Below are positions 11,427 through 19,766 of a DNA stretch of 64,000 nucleotides, piece after piece. Numbering within the stretch: the first letter of the stretch is position 1; every line of letters begins with the position of its first letter. Source of the DNA: an uncultured cyanobacterium (GTDB lineage Bacteria; Cyanobacteriota; Cyanobacteriia; Cyanobacteriales; Nostocaceae); contig OY970166.1 of NCBI GenBank assembly GCA_963706595.1, positions 5,088,001-5,152,000 on the forward strand, given 5' to 3'. The translations under genes and the position numbers were made by a program. A model generated the notes under the pieces. The model was not told where the DNA came from. It saw nothing but the letters and a program-made list of their open reading frames with translations, and did no database searches.

Positions 11427-11534
11427 GTGTATACTGTGTGTGTGTACCAGTGGTAGTAGCTGACTGTAGTAGCTGTGTGTGATGTTACTTACATAAGATT
11501 GTTTATTATTATTTATTATTATTTATTATTTGTT

Positions 11535-11834
11535 ATGGATTTAGATGTAGAGTTCCGCAATGGATGGCGACTACACAGTGCAGTGGTGGCTAGGTGGTTG
11601 GGTGTACCCCATACCCAGGTGAGGGCTACCATAGCTAACCACTACAAGGCTATAGATACAGTAGGCTATGGTCTATGGGAGTCAGGGTCAGACTACTGGT
11701 TAGAGCAATGTCATATAGACCTACTCATCTGCTACCTATTCAAAGGGGATATGCTCACCAGTCTTATGGCTACTGTCTCAGCAGAGTTTACTAACTTTAA
11801 GAAGCAGCATCTTAAATCAGGTGGCTTAGTATAA
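11535..11834 (+). CDS. Divergent Rha-like regulatory protein
   Basis: LHSAVVARWLGVPHTQVRATIANHY parallels VDSRLIASELGVLHKNLKELIKTYY of the 12561 protein; ATG at 11535 preferred. Confidence 0.5.
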   Translation: MDLDVEFRNGWRLHSAVVARWLGVPHTQVRATIANHYKAIDTVGYGLWESGSDYWLEQCHIDLLICYLFKGDMLTSLMATVSAEFTNFKKQHLKSGGLV

Positions 11835-11883
11835 GTGTACTATGCGTGATAGCTTTGCTTTGATATATGAGTAATGCTACAAA

Positions 11884-12068
11884 GTTTGCTGACTATTTAT
11901 AAGCTGTCTGACTATTACCTAAGCAATTAGCTGACTATTCATAAGCTGTCTGACTATTAGTTTGCTCTATGGTTTGCTGACAATTAGCTGGCTTTAGTAA
12001 GCTGCCTTGAGTAAACTGTCTAACCATTAGCTGCTGTCCAATAAACTGCCTCAAGTAAATTGTCAGAT
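11884..12068. repeat. Cluster of short direct repeats (iteron/operator-like)
   Basis: GCTGACTATTYATAAGCTGTCTGACTATTA x2, CTGACTATT x4, TAARCTGCCTYRAGTAAAYTGTC x2. Confidence 0.75.
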
Positions 12069-12256
12069 AAAAGTTTAGTAATTACAGTTTGCTTTGATTC
12101 TCCTTTTAGAGATTATCTATATCTATCTATTACTTGTTCTATCTCTATTAGTAAAGTATATGGTTTTGTAAGTGGTGGCGTTTTTAAAATGTATTGTAAA
12201 AGAATGCTGATAAAAGTCCTCTTATTTTTACTGCCCAATTAATACAGGTATTTATA

Positions 12257-12285
12257 TTGACTAGACTCTTAAAGAATGTTATTAT
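12257..12285 (+). promoter_or_regulatory. Sigma70-type promoter of phage early operon
   Basis: TTGACT-17 bp-TATTAT with extended -10 TGn, 34 nt upstream of ATG 12320. Confidence 0.65.
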
Positions 12286-12319
12286 TAGTAGTATAAAGAA
12301 ATTCAATAAATACACAAAT

Positions 12320-12478
12320 ATGAAACTAGATAAACTTACTTCAATCAGACTTTTTAAAGGTGACAATGACCAGCTTCAAAAGATAGCTGATGCCAAAGGT
12401 TTAGACAGAGCTGACATTATCAGAGAAGCAGTTAAGCTCTATCTGCAAGGTGAAAGAGATCAGACTTTTAGCTTTTAG
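12320..12478 (+). CDS. Ribbon-helix-helix (CopG-like) regulator
   Basis: TSIRL...QLQKIADAKGLDRADIIREAVKLYL. Confidence 0.85.
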   Translation: MKLDKLTSIRLFKGDNDQLQKIADAKGLDRADIIREAVKLYLQGERDQTFSF

Positions 12479-12560
12479 TAAATCCCTTAGTGTAGAGGAC
12501 TAACCTTTACACTCCATTCATTAAAATTATACAAATCATATATATTAAACTCACAAAACT

Positions 12561-13331
12561 ATGTCTAACTTACAAATTACAGTACAAAACATTAACTCAG
12601 AATTGGTTGTTGACTCTAGATTGATTGCTTCTGAGTTAGGGGTTCTACATAAAAATCTTAAAGAGCTAATTAAAACTTATTACGCTGACTTTTATCAACT
12701 TGGTCAGGTCGCGTTTGAAACGCAGGCTGGAGATATTAGATATGCTGAAACTTTTTATTACTTAAATGAAGACCAGTGTTATTTACTACTGACTTACTGT
12801 AAAAATACTCCTCAAGCTAGACAAGCTAAACTTAATTTAGTTAAAGCTTACAAAGCAGCTAGAAATACTGTTGATTTACCTAATAATTTAATTGATGCAG
12901 TTGAGGCTTATCTTATTGCTTTAAAAGAGAAGCAGGCTTTAGCATTGGTGGCTGCTGAGGCTCAAGAGAAGGTAAATGAGTTAACTCCTAAAGCTCAAGA
13001 TTGGGATGCTCTCTGTGACCGTGAAGGGCTGATGAATGTAGAAACTGTAGCTAAAGTTCTTTGTGTAAAAGGGTTAGGTAGAAATAATTTATTTAGATTT
13101 TTACGTGATAAGAGTATTCTAAATTTAAGCAATAACCCTTATCAAAACTTTGTAGATACAGGTTACTTTGTAATCAGAATTAAGTACAACCAATACACAC
13201 TGAAAGATGATTCTGTTACCTTAGTTACACCAAAAGGTTTTAGTTTCATTAAGCGTACACTTGAGAAAGCAGGTTATAGTATTCCTACTAATCCTACTCC
13301 TCCAGGTGCAGCAGCTCTTAAGGCAGCATAG
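12561..13331 (+). CDS. Phage antirepressor (Rha N-terminal + ANT/KilA-C domain)
   Basis: VDSRLIA..LG..HK N-terminus; PKA..WD...GRNNLFRFLR...PYQ.F.D.GYF...TLVTPKG C-terminus. Confidence 0.9.
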   Translation: MSNLQITVQNINSELVVDSRLIASELGVLHKNLKELIKTYYADFYQLGQVAFETQAGDIRYAETFYYLNEDQCYLLLTYCKNTPQARQAKLNLVKAYKAARNTVDLPNNLIDAVEAYLIALKEKQALALVAAEAQEKVNELTPKAQDWDALCDREGLMNVETVAKVLCVKGLGRNNLFRFLRDKSILNLSNNPYQNFVDTGYFVIRIKYNQYTLKDDSVTLVTPKGFSFIKRTLEKAGYSIPTNPTPPGAAALKAA

Positions 13332-13463
13332 TTAAAACAAAGAGAGGGGTAACCACTCCCCTCTCACACACAAAACATATTCTAAATTCTTACAAATAAC
13401 TATATTCTTAATTACATTATACTACATACACTACATATTATTACAGAATTATTAAAACTAAAT

Positions 13464-15018
13464 ATGAATAACGCTTATATTATTAAAACCCTTAGAAGTC
13501 CTGAATCAGTTAAGACCTACTTAGATACCTTGCTAAAAGACTTTACTAAATCTGATTATCAATTCTTTGTTCATGTTTACAGTAGCACTCTAGTATCTTT
13601 TATACAGAGAGAATCTGGTTGGGTTCCTATTAGTGCAGAATTAATTAGAAAGCAGTGGGGTAAAACAAAAATTCAGCTTGAAAAGATGAAAGAAGCTGGT
13701 CTACTAGAAATTAAGGTACTGGATCAACTTGAGCTTGCTGATGGGTTATTCCTAGAGCAAACCTATTCTAGGAAAGATGGTCTATGTCGGTGTTATAGAA
13801 CTCCTCTAGAAATAATGGAACAAATAGAGTACCATTCTCCTGATTCTTCTGAGGAATATACCACCTGCCAATATTACAATTTAATGACTGGTAAAAAAAT
13901 GAATGAGCAGGTGAGATACCTTAAAAAAGACCACAATAATAATTATCATTCTGATTTGCTTTTGGGAGCTATGGATACAATCAAAAAATGTATAGTTAAT
14001 TTAAGTGCTTTGGAGGCACATGTAGAAGCTCTAAAAGATGCGTTGAATCTTTGGTACTGAAAAAGACTTAAGGGCTTTTATTGTGGATAATTCTTGCCTT
14101 AAACGGATTAGAGAAAATCACACCCCATTAGAAAATGGTTTGGCTGAGTATCAGGTAATCTTTGGTGACCCTCAAATGTCTGGTAGATTAACTGAGCTAG
14201 GTAGTTGTATGCAGGGCTGCTCTAGAGAGATGAAAAAGCAGGGGTTCAGTGATATCCCTGGTATTAAAAACTATGATCTAAAGTCTAGTCAAGTATACGG
14301 TTTAATTCAATGGTTTGAAAAAGCTAAGATTGATACTTCTTGGTTGCATGAATACTTAGCTCAAGATAAGCAGGTATATGCTGATGCAGTAGGTATCAGT
14401 AAAGACAGATGGAAGCAGTGCTTTATGGCACTAATTATGGGAGGTTACTTACAAGAAAATGTAAAAGCTAAGAACTTTGAAGTGGTTAAGGTTGTTAAAA
14501 AGATAAGAGGACAATTGATAGAGCAGGAAGACTACCCTAATGTAGCTCTCATCAGGGCTTTATGTCAGGAAGCTAAAGGGAATCCAGATTTAGCTCTGAC
14601 ATATTACACTAGGTTTGCTCAAGTGGTAGCTCCCTTGAAGGCTTGTATTGATGCTTGGCAAGAATGGATGCTAACAAAGTATATCCCAGATGAATCTTTT
14701 TACGCTCATAGCCAGCAGTTACTTGTAAATAAGACAGGTAAAACTTTTAACTTAACAGAGTATCAGACTAAGGGGGAGTGGGATAAAAAGAAAGTTAACA
14801 AAATGAAAAGAAGGCTCTCAGCTTTCCTTCTGCAAGGCACAGAGGCAGCTTATATACATCACCTAACTGTAATCAGTAAGGACTTTGGGTACAGAGTCCT
14901 AAGTAATCAGCATGATGGTTTGGTAACAATTGGAGAGATACCTAGAGAAGCAATGGATATAGCTAAACGCAACTCAGGTCTAAAGTATGCTTACCTAGAG
15001 GAGAAGGCTTTTGTTTAA
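13464..15018 (+). CDS. Family A polymerase-like protein (TV-Pol/primase-polymerase-like), +1 frameshift at ~14046-14058
   Basis: SGRL...MQ, motif A YDLKSSQ, motif B KQCFMALIMGG, LQGTEA, motif C QHDGL; second frame is open from 14047; fused ~517 aa. Confidence 0.7.
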
Positions 15019-15393
15019 CCCATAGAGGTTGATACACCAGTAGACTGAATCAAAGGGGAGGGGTCATGAAGACTGCTCTCTTTTTGACTTGGGGGGCTGG
15101 AATCCTGATTTTGCAAAATTTTAGATATAAACAGGGGGGGTCAGGAAAGAGAGGGAACCAGGAGAACAGGAGACAGGAAGGGGGTATCAGGCAGGGAAGC
15201 AGAGTGAAGAAGACTCATATAAGGTATGTATGGCATAGTCTGTACTACACTATAGCTATAACCCTTACCCAGTAAAGATTACAGGCTATAAACTCCATGA
15301 GTTACGTAGAAGTAAACCCATAATAATAGTATTAAAAAGTACCTAATTTAATATAAGTAGGTACTCTATAATATACCCAAGTATATCTAAGCG

Positions 15394-15591
15394 TTAAATG
15401 TTGCTTTGTGTAGGGGAATAATTTGGTTTACTATAATACACTTTCTCTAAAGCTGAAGGAGAATGGTATCTGGGAGGGTTATGTTTATAGTTTCCTCTTA
15501 AACAAGATTTTACGTTTCCTATTAACAAAAAACAAAGAAGAGTAAGGATAGCATTAACTATTGGTCCCCCTTCATCACTGTTATTTGACAT
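15394..15591 (-). CDS. Small phage membrane protein
   Basis: 65 aa with one hydrophobic segment; weak support. Confidence 0.4.
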   Translation of the reverse strand: MSNNSDEGGPIVNAILTLLCFLLIGNVKSCLRGNYKHNPPRYHSPSALEKVYYSKPNYSPTQSNI

Positions 15592-15740
15592 ACATTTATT
15601 GTTTTGAGTTGAAATTTAAGCACCTAAACCTTAATGTAAGATATTCCCTAAACGCTAGATAGAGAAAAATTACTGAAATGTATCTTCATCTAAGCTTCAT
15701 GAGCCAACTACAAGATTAGCTGACTCATTAAGTTAATTTT

Positions 15741-15962
15741 TTAATCCATTCCAATTAGATAAAGTCTTATGTAAAGTTCATTTAACCTTGCATAAATCTT
15801 AGAGAAATCAGCGTTTAGGACTTTCCTGCTCAGTTCTTCTAGATAGGGTTGATTATACTCAAAACCCTTATCACATTCCTTTAAAACATGAATAGTATAA
15901 TTCAACTCTTCAACAGAAATCTCTAATGCTTCAACTATTTCTTTTACTTTTTGGTTGTGCAT
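15741..15962 (-). CDS. Hypothetical phage protein
   Basis: 73 aa helical ORF directly downstream of integrase, same strand. Confidence 0.5.
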   Translation of the reverse strand: MHNQKVKEIVEALEISVEELNYTIHVLKECDKGFEYNQPYLEELSRKVLNADFSKIYARLNELYIRLYLIGMD

Positions 15963-16015
15963 GATAGATAAATATCCTAAACTAAATGGGTTTTCTGGAA
16001 TGATTATTTGATTGC

Positions 16016-17092
16016 TTACAATTCAGGTAACTTAGGTTTTTTAATACTGCCTAGATAATGTCTAAAGATTATCTCAGGGCTGTTACCAACCAAGTCTGCC
16101 ACCTCATGAGGAGGAATACCACTGCTAATACAATGGCTAATAAAGGTTGACCTACAAACATAGAGTGGACGGTGAGGAATACCTAAGTTTTCCAAAGTTA
16201 TCTTCCAACACCGTTGACCTATATTGTGATCATCAAGTGGTAGACCTTTAGGTGAAGTAAAAATCAACTCTTGTTTATTCTTTGCCTCAGACCTAACCTT
16301 TAGTATTTGGTACACCTTGCTATTCATAGGTACAATCCTATAAACATTTGTTTTGGTGGTCTTCCTGACTCTTTTAGAGCTTCTACCTTTAACTTTATTC
16401 AGAGTTTCATAGACATGAATTTCCCTTTTCTGTAGGTCAATATCCTGCCACCTCAAACCAATTGCTTCACTAAGGCGTAACCCAGTGTTAAGTAACAGTA
16501 GTATAAAATCATGATAGTGATTGTAAAAAGGATCTCTTTGTAGAGAACTCAGAATCATATCCACTTCATTAGTGGTCAGTGGTTTAGCTCTAGGTTTATC
16601 TGGAACCTTGACCTGAAAGCTACCAAACAAATCTTTCCTAAGCACCTGCAAAATAGCTAGGTATCTTTTCTTACTATTCTTTTTAATACCCCTACCATCA
16701 AGCCAGTCTAGAAACTCCTTAGCATCCACACTGGTTTTGATTTGCTTCTTATATCCTTGCAGGAGTTTGAGTAGGGATTGGTCAGCAGAATTGTAGTTAT
16801 CAGCAATCCGTAGCTGAAGCATTTCAATTAGTGGAGGAAACCTTGATTCAGGAGGCTTGCTACCACCATTGCCACCATAAGTAATGCCCTGTAACCAGAG
16901 CTTATACTTGTTGAGTGTAGGATCAAATTGACCTATCAAACAATCCTGGTATATTAACTTACCACAGTAATCTAGCCTAGCTCTCTCTGAGGTATCTTCC
17001 CACGCACCCCAAGTTAGACTGTACCTTTCATCCTGATAAGTCCATCTGAGAATGCAAGAATTACCATTCTTCTGAACCTTTATTTGCCGCAC
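16016..17092 (-). CDS. int: Tyrosine recombinase/integrase with N-terminal arm-binding domain
   Basis: TGLRLSEAIGLRWQDID, KT.KT, YVCRSTF, GNSPEIIFRHY catalytic motifs. Confidence 0.95.
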   Translation of the reverse strand: MRQIKVQKNGNSCILRWTYQDERYSLTWGAWEDTSERARLDYCGKLIYQDCLIGQFDPTLNKYKLWLQGITYGGNGGSKPPESRFPPLIEMLQLRIADNYNSADQSLLKLLQGYKKQIKTSVDAKEFLDWLDGRGIKKNSKKRYLAILQVLRKDLFGSFQVKVPDKPRAKPLTTNEVDMILSSLQRDPFYNHYHDFILLLLNTGLRLSEAIGLRWQDIDLQKREIHVYETLNKVKGRSSKRVRKTTKTNVYRIVPMNSKVYQILKVRSEAKNKQELIFTSPKGLPLDDHNIGQRCWKITLENLGIPHRPLYVCRSTFISHCISSGIPPHEVADLVGNSPEIIFRHYLGSIKKPKLPEL

Positions 17093-17095
17093 TAT

Positions 17096-17115
17096 CTTAT
17101 GTCACCTTATGGCAG
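17096..17115. promoter_or_regulatory. Putative integrase arm-type binding sites
   Basis: Tandem CTTATGTCAC / CTTATGGCAG between the att core and the integrase start. Confidence 0.4.
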
Positions 17116-17170
17116 AACATAGGATAGCCTTAGAAATTAGTGTGCTTATATAGCTGTTTCTGGGGGTTAG

Positions 17171-17214
17171 TTCTCAATGCCATTGAGACGCGCTACCAAC
17201 TGTGCTATAGCCCC
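17171..17214 (-). tRNA. 5' half of tRNA-Ala(GGC), truncated after the anticodon arm (prophage att junction)
   Basis: GGGGCTA TA GCAC AGTTGGTA GCGC G TCTCA ATGGCAT TGAGA A, then no T-arm or acceptor 3' strand; A32-U38 loop typical of Ala(GGC). Confidence 0.9.
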
Positions 17215-17228
17215 TCGGATTCTTATCT

Positions 17229-17257
17229 ATAATCTCTTAATATTTGAGCTTTGTCAA
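17229..17257 (-). promoter_or_regulatory. tRNA promoter
   Basis: TTGACA (17257-17252)-17 bp-GATTAT upstream of the tRNA 5' end. Confidence 0.55.
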
Positions 17258-17304
17258 GCCGGATTTATTAAATGTAAAGTTTATCTTCTGTGACAGGGGA
17301 TTTT

Positions 17305-17496
17305 TTAGGACACTTGTAACAAATAGGTCATACAGTGTCCCATGAGGAAATAAACTACCAACATAGCAGCAGCTGCCAGCGCCACTAATGTCCCAGCCAG
17401 CATGAGAGAGAACTCTTTATACTGTACGGCTTTTTCCATTAGGTGCAGCGACCATGCCACCAGCGCTACGTCAAATAGTAAAATAACAATCAACAT
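17305..17496 (-). CDS. Small two-TM membrane protein
   Basis: 63 aa with two hydrophobic helices, downstream of hisF. Confidence 0.65.
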   Translation of the reverse strand: MLIVILLFDVALVAWSLHLMEKAVQYKEFSLMLAGTLVALAAAAMLVVYFLMGHCMTYLLQVS

Positions 17497-17604
17497 AATA
17501 TTTCTTAATATTTATTCATACTTGTAAACCAATGTTAACACTATTTCAGAGAACTGTATCTAACTTATGATGGATGTGGTTAAGTTTTGATGATGTTTTG
17601 GACA

Positions 17605-18378
17605 TCAAGGACACAACCGTACTGGTACTGAATGATCGTGCAAATAGTTCTTTATTTCTGCAACGCTTAATTGTCCGTAATGCAGTAATGATGCTAGTAA
17701 TGCAGCTTCGGCTTTACCCTCTGTTAATGCCGTATAAATATGTTCACAGTTACCTGCGCCACCAGAAGCAACGACGGGAACTTGTACGGATTCAGCGATC
17801 GCTCTTGTCAGCCCTAAGTCGTAGCCAGCTTGAGTTCCATCAGCATCCATACTTGTCACCAGTAATTCCCCTGCACCTCGTCTTTCCACTTCTTGCGCCC
17901 AACGTAAGGCATCTAAGCCCGTATTTTCTCTACCACCTCGCACGTACACATCCCAGCCTGGATTGTTAGGATCAATCCTGCGTCTGGCATCAATTGCAAC
18001 CACTATGCACTGATTACCAAAGCGATCGCTTGCCCGATTGATTAAGTCAGGATCACGTACAGCCGCTGAATTAATACTAACCTTGTCTGCGCCGGCTCGT
18101 AACAAAGCTTTAACATTTTCTAAGGTTTGAATTCCACCACCAACAGTCAAGGGAATGAAAACCTGTTCAGCAGTGCGATACACCACATCAATAATTGTAT
18201 CCCGGTCTTCATGAGTCGCCGTAATATCCAGAAACACTAACTCATCAGCACCGGCTTCGTTGTAAACCTTGGCTAGTTCTACCGGATCACCTGCATCCTT
18301 AAGGTCTACAAAGTTAACTCCTTTTACAACCCGTCCCGCCTTCACATCTAAGCACGGTAAGATTCTTTTAGATAACAT
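17605..18378 (-). CDS. hisF: Imidazole glycerol phosphate synthase cyclase subunit
   Basis: [34 protein letters not shown]. Confidence 0.98.
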   Translation of the reverse strand: MLSKRILPCLDVKAGRVVKGVNFVDLKDAGDPVELAKVYNEAGADELVFLDITATHEDRDTIIDVVYRTAEQVFIPLTVGGGIQTLENVKALLRAGADKVSINSAAVRDPDLINRASDRFGNQCIVVAIDARRRIDPNNPGWDVYVRGGRENTGLDALRWAQEVERRGAGELLVTSMDADGTQAGYDLGLTRAIAESVQVPVVASGGAGNCEHIYTALTEGKAEAALLASLLHYGQLSVAEIKNYLHDHSVPVRLCP

Positions 18379-18539
18379 AATAACTTTTTCACTCCTGGGT
18401 AATCGACTGGAATTTAAATTCTAATTGGACACGTGTAGTTCTCGCCGAAAATTTTTGCCCCTGATCTCGTATTTACTCGCAGCCATTGCGGCGTAGATAG
18501 CCCTCAAACAGTCCTCAAGTCAAAGTTGATAGCTGAATT

Positions 18540-19643
18540 ATGGCGATAATCTCCTCGAAAAAACAGCCTCAAGAACCCAACGGACAACCAAAGAAGCCCC
18601 GTCGGGAGTCCACCCCCGCACCTGCAAACGAGAACATTTTGCAACCTGAAGCTGCTACTGACGAACAAGGGAAGCAAGAAGAGAGTATCAGACCTCAGCA
18701 ATTTGCTGATTACATTGGACAAAAAGACTTAAAGGATGTGCTAGATATTGCCATCAAAGCAGCTAAGTCAAGGGGTGAGGTGCTGGATCACTTGCTGCTA
18801 TATGGACCTCCGGGATTAGGTAAAACAACAATGGCAATGATTTTAGCATCAGAGATGGGAGTTGACTACAAAATTACCAGTGCGCCAGCGCTAGAACGTC
18901 CCAGAGATATTGTAGGGCTATTAGTGAACCTTAAACCCGGAGATGTCCTATTTGTTGACGAAATTCATCGTCTTTCGCGGATGACAGAGGAAATTCTCTA
19001 TCCAGCGATGGAAGATTATCGTTTAGATATTACCGTGGGTAAGGGGGCTGGCGCTCGTATTAGAAGTATACCACTGAACAAATTTACGCTGGTGGGGGCG
19101 ACAACCCGTGTGGGGGCGCTGAGTTCACCTTTGCGCGATCGCTTTGGCTTAGTTCAGAAGTTGCGCTTTTACGAAGTTGACGAACTCACCAAAATTGTGT
19201 TAAGAAGTGCCGACTTCCTCAAAACTCCTATTGCTGAAGATGGGGCGACAGAAATTGCTCGTCGTGCCAGAGGTACGCCCAGAATAGCAAATAGATTACT
19301 TAAGCGTGTGCGTGATTACGCGGAAGTGAAATTATCGGGTGAGATTACAGAAGTCGTTGCATCAGAAGCATTGCAACTATTTCAAGTCGATCCCTGTGGT
19401 TTAGATTGGACAGACCGCCGAATGCTGAGTGTAATTATTGAACAATTTAATGGTGGTCCCGTGGGCATAGAAACAGTTGCTGCGGCTACAGGTGAAGATA
19501 CCCAAACCATTGAAGAAGTTTATGAACCTTACCTGATGCAAATTGGCTATTTAAGCCGGACTCCTCGCGGTCGAATCGCCACCACTTCAGCCTACAAACA
19601 TTTGGGTTTTAAGCCGCCTAATGAACAGTTATCGCTATTGTAG
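18540..19643 (+). CDS. ruvB: Holliday junction branch migration helicase RuvB
   Basis: [31 protein letters not shown]. Confidence 0.98.
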   Translation: MAIISSKKQPQEPNGQPKKPRRESTPAPANENILQPEAATDEQGKQEESIRPQQFADYIGQKDLKDVLDIAIKAAKSRGEVLDHLLLYGPPGLGKTTMAMILASEMGVDYKITSAPALERPRDIVGLLVNLKPGDVLFVDEIHRLSRMTEEILYPAMEDYRLDITVGKGAGARIRSIPLNKFTLVGATTRVGALSSPLRDRFGLVQKLRFYEVDELTKIVLRSADFLKTPIAEDGATEIARRARGTPRIANRLLKRVRDYAEVKLSGEITEVVASEALQLFQVDPCGLDWTDRRMLSVIIEQFNGGPVGIETVAAATGEDTQTIEEVYEPYLMQIGYLSRTPRGRIATTSAYKHLGFKPPNEQLSLL

Positions 19644-19702
19644 TTAAGGGAATGGCGATGGGGATATGAGGGAGAAAGATTGTGGTACTAGCCCAAGGTA
19701 TT

Positions 19703-19748
19703 TCCCCCTACTCCCTACTCCCCACTCCCCACTCCCCACTCCCCACTC
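19703..19748. repeat. STRR-type heptamer tandem repeat (CCCCACT)n
   Basis: About six CCCYACT units; characteristic of heterocystous cyanobacteria. Confidence 0.85.
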
Positions 19749-19766
19749 TTAAAGGTAAATATATCG

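Larger units (their letters stand above)
1..17170. mobile_element. Prophage (right part; left end outside window), junction in tRNA-Ala(GGC)
   Basis: Virion-like gene operon, antirepressor, tyrosine integrase abutting a truncated tRNA; AT-rich, CpG- and HIP1-poor composition that switches abruptly at ~17.2 kb. Confidence 0.93.

Noticed and set aside
11281..11463. 60-aa Cys/Tyr/Val-rich ORF
   Set aside because: Translation of the TG-rich tandem repeat; no RBS or protein-like composition
11281..12068. Possible CRISPR or mini-array in the phage repeats
   Set aside because: Repeats are directly tandem or nested without unique spacers of regular length; no cas genes
10030..14060. Programmed frameshifts in portal and polymerase genes
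   Set aside because: No canonical slippery heptamer at either site, and identical +1 lesions occur in host genes; error is more parsimonious, pending reads
13464..15018. T7-like single-subunit RNA polymerase
   Set aside because: Too short and lacks the DGSCSG and PNFVHS motifs; motifs are closer to PolA/TV-Pol, though RNA synthesis is not excluded
15066..15275. 69-aa ORF after the polymerase-like gene
   Set aside because: Arises from the low-complexity G-rich tract; no recognisable features
17100..17171. Intron interrupting the tRNA
   Set aside because: The break lies after the complete anticodon arm and is followed within 80 nt by an integrase; no group I/II intron features
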